Below, in pieces: positions 58,710 through 64,000 of a DNA stretch of 64,000 nt (its first letter is position 1; each line of letters opens with the position of its first letter). This DNA comes from Blastocatellia bacterium (GTDB lineage Bacteria; Acidobacteriota; Blastocatellia; RBC074). A program made the translations under genes and the position numbers. The notes under the pieces were generated by a model. That model searched no databases, was not told the DNA's origin, and saw only the letters and a list, made by a program, of their open reading frames with translations. Where the stretch lies: NCBI GenBank assembly GCA_043736395.1, contig JAYTCQ010000354.1:3723-67722 (forward strand), read 5' to 3'.

Positions 58710-61124
58710 ATGAAAACAATCCAATTTCTCGCCGCCCTGATTATTTGTTCGGTATTTTTTCAGTTCGCCTTCGCGCAAAATTTGCCGTCTGCCGCTCCCG
58801 AATCCGTCGGGATGTCGAGCCAACAACTGGCGTACATTGACGAAGCTGTCGCTGCTGAAATTGCCAAAAAACAATTACCCGGTGCCGTAGTCTTAGTCGG
58901 ACGACAAGGCAAAATTGTCTATCGCAAAGCCTTTGGCAATCGCTCTATCGAACCCAATATCGAAGCCATGACGCCAGATACGATTTTTGATTTGGCTTCA
59001 CTCACCAAGGTCGTAGCGACTGCGACTTCGGTGATGATTTTAGTGGAGCGCGGGAAGATTCGCCTCGGCGATCCGGTGTCGCGCTACATTCCTGAATTCG
59101 GCGAAATGGGCAAGAAAAATATTACCGTCGAACAATTGCTCATGCATCGTTCGGGATTGATACCGGACAACGCGATTGAGGATTATCATCAGGGCGCAGA
59201 AAAAGCCTGGGAAAATATTTGGAAGCTCGCTCCGATTGCCGAAGTCGGTTCGAAATTTATTTACTCCGATGTGAATTTTGAAGTGCTGGGCGAACTCGTC
59301 AAACGTATCAGCGGCAAACCGCTCAACGAATTCGCGGCTGAAAATATTTATCGTCCGCTGGGCATGAAAGATACGGGGTTTATCCCAGCAAAAAATTTGC
59401 AGACGCGCATTGCTCCAACCGAAAAGTTTTATGAGGCAGAGCGCAACGCAAGCAATGAAATCAAGCGCGGGGTTGTTCATGATCCACGCGCATATTTGCT
59501 CGGCGGTGTAGCGGGTCACGCTGGATTATTTTCTACGGCGGATGATTTGGCGCGGTATTGCCAGATGATTTTGAATGGCGGTTCACTCGACAGCGCAAGA
59601 ATTTTAAGTCAAATGGGCGTAGCGCGAATGACGGAAGGACGCGCTTCCGGCGGCAATGGAAACGATGGTAATATGCGCGGTTTGGGCTGGGATATTTTCA
59701 CCGGCTTTTCCGCTCCGCGCGGCGATTTATTTCCCGTCGGCGGATTCGGCCACACCGGATACACAGGTACAGGATTATGGCTTGATCCCAACAGTCAAAC
59801 CTTCGTGGTATTCCTCAGCAATCGCGTCCATCCAAAACTTGACCCCAAAAAACCTGCGGACGTGAGTAGTTTGCGCGGACGCGTAGCAACTATCGTCACC
59901 GCCTCCATCACCGACGAAATGCAATGGCGCAATTCACCGATACAAAATACGCTTGCGGCTGATGCTTCAACCCGCAACCCACAATCCGCAATCCGCAATG
60001 CTCTCAACGGCATTGATGTACTCGCCCGCGATAATTTTGCCACTCTCAAAAACAAACGCGTCGGACTCATCACCAATCAAACAGGAAAAGATCAAAACGG
60101 TAACAGCATTATTGATCTGTTATTCAAGGCTCCTGACGTAAAACTCACGACTTTGTTTTCGCCCGAACACGGCATTCGCGGCGCTTTGGATCAGGAAAAA
60201 ATCACTGATTCAAAAGACGAAAAAACCGGGTTGCCGATTTTGAGTTTATACGGCGAAGCGCGAAAGCCTACGGATGAAATGCTGAAAAATATTGACGTGC
60301 TGGTTTTTGATATTCAAGACATCGGCGCACGTTTTTGGACGTATCCGTCAACGATGGTCTTAGCGATGGAAGCCGCCGCGAAAAATAAAATCAAGTTCGT
60401 AGTCCTCGACCGCATCAATCCGATCAATGGCTCTGATGTCGAAGGGCCGATTGCAGACGCCGATAAATTATCCTTCATCGCACACAATCAAATTCCGCTC
60501 CGGCACGGCATGACCATGGGCGAACTCGCGCAGCTTTATAACGGCGAACGCAACATCAATGCTGATTTACAAATTGTAAAACTTGAAAATTGGCGAAGGC
60601 ACCAATGGTTCGATGAAACGGGGCTGACGTGGATTAATCCTTCGCCGAATATGCGGAGCTTGACGGAGGCTACGCTGTATCCCGGCATCGCGCTGCTCGA
60701 AACGACGAATGTTTCAGTCGGACGCGGGACAGATACACCATTTGAAATTTTAGGTGCGCCGTACATTGACGGACGCAAATTAGCGGAGGCTTTGAATGCT
60801 GCAAAATTAAGTGGCGTACGTTTTGTGCCAGTGCGATTTACTCCAAATGCCAGCATAAATAAAGGTGTAGAATGCGGCGGCGTGAATATCTTTGTCACCA
60901 ATCGAAATTCATTTGAGCCAGTATTGACGGGCTTAGAAATCGCTTCGCAGATTTTCAAAATGTATCCAAAAGAATTCAATGTAGACAAATTTAATCGCCT
61001 CCTCGTCAGCGATAAAATCTTTAACGCCTTCAAGCAAGGCAGCGAAGCGAAAGCTCTCAAGCAAATTTGGGAAAGTGATTTAGAAAAATTTAAGACGACG
61101 CGGCAGAAATATTTATTGTATTGA
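58710..61124 (+). CDS. Secreted fusion of a serine beta-lactamase/PBP-fold (AmpC/AmiE-like) domain and a DUF1343 (NamZ-like exo-beta-N-acetylmuramidase) domain.
   Basis: Signal peptide; 'ASLTKV' S-x-x-K and 'HTGYTG' (KTG-like) motifs N-terminally; C-terminal 'KRVGLITNQTG...LFSPEHGIRG...LPILSLYGE...DVLVFDIQDIGARFWTY...VLDRINP' DUF1343 pattern. Confidence 0.7.
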   Translation: MKTIQFLAALIICSVFFQFAFAQNLPSAAPESVGMSSQQLAYIDEAVAAEIAKKQLPGAVVLVGRQGKIVYRKAFGNRSIEPNIEAMTPDTIFDLASLTKVVATATSVMILVERGKIRLGDPVSRYIPEFGEMGKKNITVEQLLMHRSGLIPDNAIEDYHQGAEKAWENIWKLAPIAEVGSKFIYSDVNFEVLGELVKRISGKPLNEFAAENIYRPLGMKDTGFIPAKNLQTRIAPTEKFYEAERNASNEIKRGVVHDPRAYLLGGVAGHAGLFSTADDLARYCQMILNGGSLDSARILSQMGVARMTEGRASGGNGNDGNMRGLGWDIFTGFSAPRGDLFPVGGFGHTGYTGTGLWLDPNSQTFVVFLSNRVHPKLDPKKPADVSSLRGRVATIVTASITDEMQWRNSPIQNTLAADASTRNPQSAIRNALNGIDVLARDNFATLKNKRVGLITNQTGKDQNGNSIIDLLFKAPDVKLTTLFSPEHGIRGALDQEKITDSKDEKTGLPILSLYGEARKPTDEMLKNIDVLVFDIQDIGARFWTYPSTMVLAMEAAAKNKIKFVVLDRINPINGSDVEGPIADADKLSFIAHNQIPLRHGMTMGELAQLYNGERNINADLQIVKLENWRRHQWFDETGLTWINPSPNMRSLTEATLYPGIALLETTNVSVGRGTDTPFEILGAPYIDGRKLAEALNAAKLSGVRFVPVRFTPNASINKGVECGGVNIFVTNRNSFEPVLTGLEIASQIFKMYPKEFNVDKFNRLLVSDKIFNAFKQGSEAKALKQIWESDLEKFKTTRQKYLLY

Positions 61125-61142
61125 ATAGGTAATAATTACAAT

Positions 61143-61270
61143 GAAACGCGGAGCGTATGGAGTGCGACAGCTCGGTGTCGCTTTGGTAGAGGCGTTCATT
61201 GCAAATCTACAGCGATGGAAAGTATACCAAAGTTACGCCCAGCCGCAGCACTCCATACGCTCCGCGTTTC
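61143..61270. repeat. Nested palindromic element: perfect 23-bp inverted repeat (61143-61165 / 61248-61270) enclosing an 8-bp inverted repeat (61181-61188 / 61225-61232) and a small hairpin (61164-61181).
   Basis: gaaacgcggagcgtatggagtgc ... gcactccatacgctccgcgtttc; ctttggta...taccaaag; gcgacagctcggtgtcgc. Confidence 0.55.
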
Positions 61271-61371
61271 GGTTAGGGAACCACTTTACTGAAGCCTCAT
61301 TTGCTGTCACAAAACTTTGATGAGAAACGTTTACTCTGTGAAGCCGTGTGATTTTTTTCATTGAGGTAATT

Positions 61372-62193
61372 ATGAGCAAAAGCATTCTTGACCGCGTCAG
61401 TATTGGTTCTTCGTGCCAGACAGATTGGGAAGCCATGAACGGCGATCAGAGCCAACGCTACTGCGATCAATGTGAAAAATCCGTCTATAATTTTTCGCAA
61501 CTCACGCGCTCACAGGCGGAAGCCTTGATTGCTCGCACGAATGGGAAACTTTGCGCTCGCATTGAACGCCGTCCCGATGGATCAATTCTCACCGCTGATA
61601 AATCGTATTCACTCCCACGCTTGAATCAAAAATTTTTACGAATTGCTTCGGCAACGATGAGCGCGGCTTTGAGTTTGGCTCCGGTGGTTTCCGCGAAGCC
61701 TATTAAGAATTTACCTGTCTTAAATTTTTCGCAGGAACAGAAAAATCAAACTGATGCTAAAGTTACAGAAAAACTAGCTAGGATTTGGGGAAACGTTTAC
61801 GATCCGGCTCAAGCTGTAGTTCCTAATGTGAAAATTACTTTAATTAATGAATCTACCAAAAACGAACGTAAAACCTCTTCATCCGAGGAAGGAACATACG
61901 AATTTGCCTTACTTAAACCTGGTACTTATCAGTTAGTTTTTGAAGCCGTCGGTTTCAAGAAATCAACCCATACAGATATTAAAATTATTGATGGTCAGGA
62001 AATGCGACAAGACAACACTCTGTATATTGGGCAAATTCTGGGCGATTTAGTCATACTTCAAGATAAAGAAGTACCAACTGCATTAGAGCCTCAAGGGCTT
62101 TCAATAACGCCTCGAGAAAAACAGGCTGAACCAGAAAAAAAGAAAAATTTCTTCAGAAGTCTATTTTCTTACTTCAAAAAATCGAAGGTCTAA
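61372..62193 (+). CDS. Hypothetical protein with N-terminal Cys4 zinc-ribbon-like motif and a CarboxypepD_reg-like beta-sandwich domain.
   Basis: 'SCQTDWEAMNGDQSQRYCDQCEKSV' (C-x15-C-x2-C); 'VVPNVKITLINESTKNERKTSSSEEGTYEFALLKPGTYQLVFEAVGF'; GAGGT RBS. Confidence 0.4.
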   Translation: MSKSILDRVSIGSSCQTDWEAMNGDQSQRYCDQCEKSVYNFSQLTRSQAEALIARTNGKLCARIERRPDGSILTADKSYSLPRLNQKFLRIASATMSAALSLAPVVSAKPIKNLPVLNFSQEQKNQTDAKVTEKLARIWGNVYDPAQAVVPNVKITLINESTKNERKTSSSEEGTYEFALLKPGTYQLVFEAVGFKKSTHTDIKIIDGQEMRQDNTLYIGQILGDLVILQDKEVPTALEPQGLSITPREKQAEPEKKKNFFRSLFSYFKKSKV

Positions 62194-62241
62194 AAATCAC
62201 CTCCCTGCCATTCATCAAAACTATTTGTTATATTGGATCAG

Positions 62242-63501
62242 ATGAGTACTGATTCAAACGTCCGCAAAACCACCCTCGATAACGGCATTGTCGTAGTGTC
62301 TGAGCAAATGCCGCATGTGCGCTCTGTCAGCTTCGGAGTTTTTCTGCGCGAAGGTTCGCGGCATGAGTCTCCTGACGTGAACGGCATGTTTCATTTCATT
62401 GAACATACGCTTTTTAAAGGCACACGACGGCGTACGGCTGTCCAAATCGCTGATGAATCCGATGCGCTCGGCGGTTATCTTGATGCGTTTACTTCGCGCG
62501 ATTCGGTTGGATTCACCAACAAAGTTCTGGACGAACATTTGCCGCAGGCGTTTGAATTAATAGCCGACTTGGTCACGGCTCCCGTCTTCGATGAAGCCGA
62601 ACTCGATAAGGAACGTAACGTCATCCTCGAAGAAATTAAGATGGTCGAAGACACGCCGGATGATTTGGTCTACGAACTTTTTTCAGAAAAATATTATCCC
62701 GGTCATTCGCTGGGACGCCCGATTTTAGGAACTCCTGAGACGCTGGCGACATTCAATTCCAGCAGTGTTCGTAAGTTTTATGAAAGCGCGTACCGTCCTG
62801 AAAATCTGGTCATCGCGGCGGCAGGCAACATCACGCACGAAGCGTGGCTGGGTTTAGTGAATAAATATTTTTCACACCTGCGACCGCTCGGAGAAGTTTC
62901 GCCGATCGTCACGCCAGCTCCCGTTACGCACATCACGCTTCGGCACAAAGCCGAACTCGAACAATCGCACCTGGTCATTGGTGCGCAATGCCCATCGTTA
63001 TTAAGTAAAGATCACTACGCGATGAATGTGCTGTGCACGATTTTGGGCGGCGGGATGAGTTCGCGCTTGTTTCAATCTGTCCGCGAAGATCGCGGCTTGG
63101 TGTATACAATCGCCTCTTCGTTGACGGAATATATTGACACCGCCTACCTCAGCATTTACGCCGGAGCTTCGACTGAAAATATTAATCCAACCATCGAAGC
63201 GACAATGAAGGAAATCAATAAATTAAAAGCAGACGGCGTCGATCCACTCGAATTGCAGCGTAACAAAGACCAATTAAAAACGAGTTTGATGCTGGCGCTC
63301 GAATCCAGCTCCGCGCGGATGAATTCACTCGCCGGACAGGAAATGACCTGGAAAGAATTCATCACGCCTGATGAAGTGATCGCCAAAGTGAATGCCGTCA
63401 CCGCAGAAGATGTGTCGCGGTTGATGAATGAAGTTTTTAAGCCGGAAGCAATGGCTGTTACGGTTTTGGGTGATGTGGAAGGGTTGGAAATTCAGTTATA
63501 G
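62242..63501 (+). CDS. M16-family zinc peptidase (pitrilysin/insulinase-like).
   Basis: Inverted zinc motif 'HFIEHTLFKGT' (HxxEH) and downstream 'EEI..VEDTPDDLV' Glu region. Confidence 0.8.
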   Translation: MSTDSNVRKTTLDNGIVVVSEQMPHVRSVSFGVFLREGSRHESPDVNGMFHFIEHTLFKGTRRRTAVQIADESDALGGYLDAFTSRDSVGFTNKVLDEHLPQAFELIADLVTAPVFDEAELDKERNVILEEIKMVEDTPDDLVYELFSEKYYPGHSLGRPILGTPETLATFNSSSVRKFYESAYRPENLVIAAAGNITHEAWLGLVNKYFSHLRPLGEVSPIVTPAPVTHITLRHKAELEQSHLVIGAQCPSLLSKDHYAMNVLCTILGGGMSSRLFQSVREDRGLVYTIASSLTEYIDTAYLSIYAGASTENINPTIEATMKEINKLKADGVDPLELQRNKDQLKTSLMLALESSSARMNSLAGQEMTWKEFITPDEVIAKVNAVTAEDVSRLMNEVFKPEAMAVTVLGDVEGLEIQL

Positions 63502-63533
63502 AAGAGCGATAGGCGGGGACGCCTATCGTACTT

Positions 63534-64000
63534 TTATTCATACCGCAGAGCTTCTACGGGTTGAACTTTTGAGGCAGCGCGGGCGGGATAAATAGTCGCT
63601 AAAAAGCTGATTAATATTGCCAGTGATGCGATTAATAAACACGGTACGGCGCGGACTTTCAAGGTGATGTAGGAGATGGAATAAATCTCTGCGGGAATCG
63701 AAATCAGCCGATAATGATTGGCAAGCCAGCTCAACAATAATCCTAAAATTACTCCCAGCGTAGCCCCGATCACTCCGATCATTACTCCCTGCCACATAAA
63801 AATTTTGCTGATACTTTTCGCGGTTGCGCCTTGTGCGCGCAGGATCGCAATGTCGCCTTGTTTTTCAATCACTGACATCGTCAAAGTCGTGATGATGTTC
63901 AGCGCGGCGATAGCGATCAGCAACGAAAAGAAAACTATGATGAGTGATTGTTGCAGCTTGAAGGCGGCAAATAAGGAACGATTTAATTCCTGCCAGTTTT
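63534..64000 (-). CDS. FtsX-family ABC transporter permease, C-terminal part (gene continues beyond the window end).
   Basis: '[12 protein letters not shown]' FtsX motif followed by 3 TM helices; the N-terminus is off-window. Confidence 0.6.
   Translation of the reverse strand, partial: NWQELNRSLFAAFKLQQSLIIVFFSLLIAIAALNIITTLTMSVIEKQGDIAILRAQGATAKSISKIFMWQGVMIGVIGATLGVILGLLLSWLANHYRLISIPAEIYSISYITLKVRAVPCLLIASLAILISFLATIYPARAASKVQPVEALRYE

Overview
This window reads as a bacterial chromosomal segment of roughly 50-55% GC. Several traits suggest an Acidobacteriota-like organism, but that is inference only: a 1282-aa CarboxypepD_reg-type TonB-dependent receptor, two ECF-sigma/Ser-Thr-kinase contexts, and many secreted hydrolases.

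Positions 1-28.9 kb hold housekeeping and secretome genes: an O-methyltransferase, DUF4440 lipoproteins, two M43-like metalloproteases, two MBL-fold hydrolases, a PQQ-propeller protein, GGT, an FKBP, BipA/TypA, an Oar-like TonB receptor, and a Lol-like ABC system. Scattered among them are three copies of a 48-nt intergenic motif and several hairpin terminators.

Positions 29.0-50.9 kb are the main item: 26 consecutive minus-strand genes in two adjacent modules. The first module is a gas-vesicle (gvp) cluster: GvpA, a GvpC-like protein with 33-aa repeats, GvpN, three GvpF/L paralogs, GvpG with a 55-aa acidic tail, GvpK, GvpJ-like, and an extra GvpA-family gene. It carries unusual passengers: a tandem ArsA/Get3-like ATPase, a Cdc48-like double AAA+ ATPase, an Hsp20 (GvpH-like), and a ~1170-aa coiled-coil protein built from 69-aa repeats. 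The second module, immediately upstream in the transcription sense, is a bilin module: a ferredoxin-dependent bilin reductase (FDBR) homolog, a phycobiliprotein-fold globin, a plant-type 2Fe-2S ferredoxin, two V4R-domain proteins, an ABM monooxygenase, a repeat protein, and a Ser/Thr kinase with a C-terminal extension. Phycobiliprotein-like and FDBR genes in what is probably a heterotroph, physically coupled to a buoyancy organelle cluster, form the candidate novel system.

Positions 51-64 kb contain mnmA, an orphan CbbQ/CbbO-like AAA+/VWA pair, a second HNH-plus-small-partner cassette homologous to the one splitting the ECF-sigma/kinase pair at 11.2-11.9 kb, a P-loop kinase plus Thg1-like (3'-5' polymerase) RNA-repair pair, an AmiE-like/NamZ-like (DUF1343) fusion, a nested palindromic element, an M16 peptidase, and a partial FtsX permease.

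No rRNA, tRNA, CRISPR, transposase or integrase genes were recognised. Start codons that I moved to internal ATGs are arithmetic from the ORF track and may be off by a codon.
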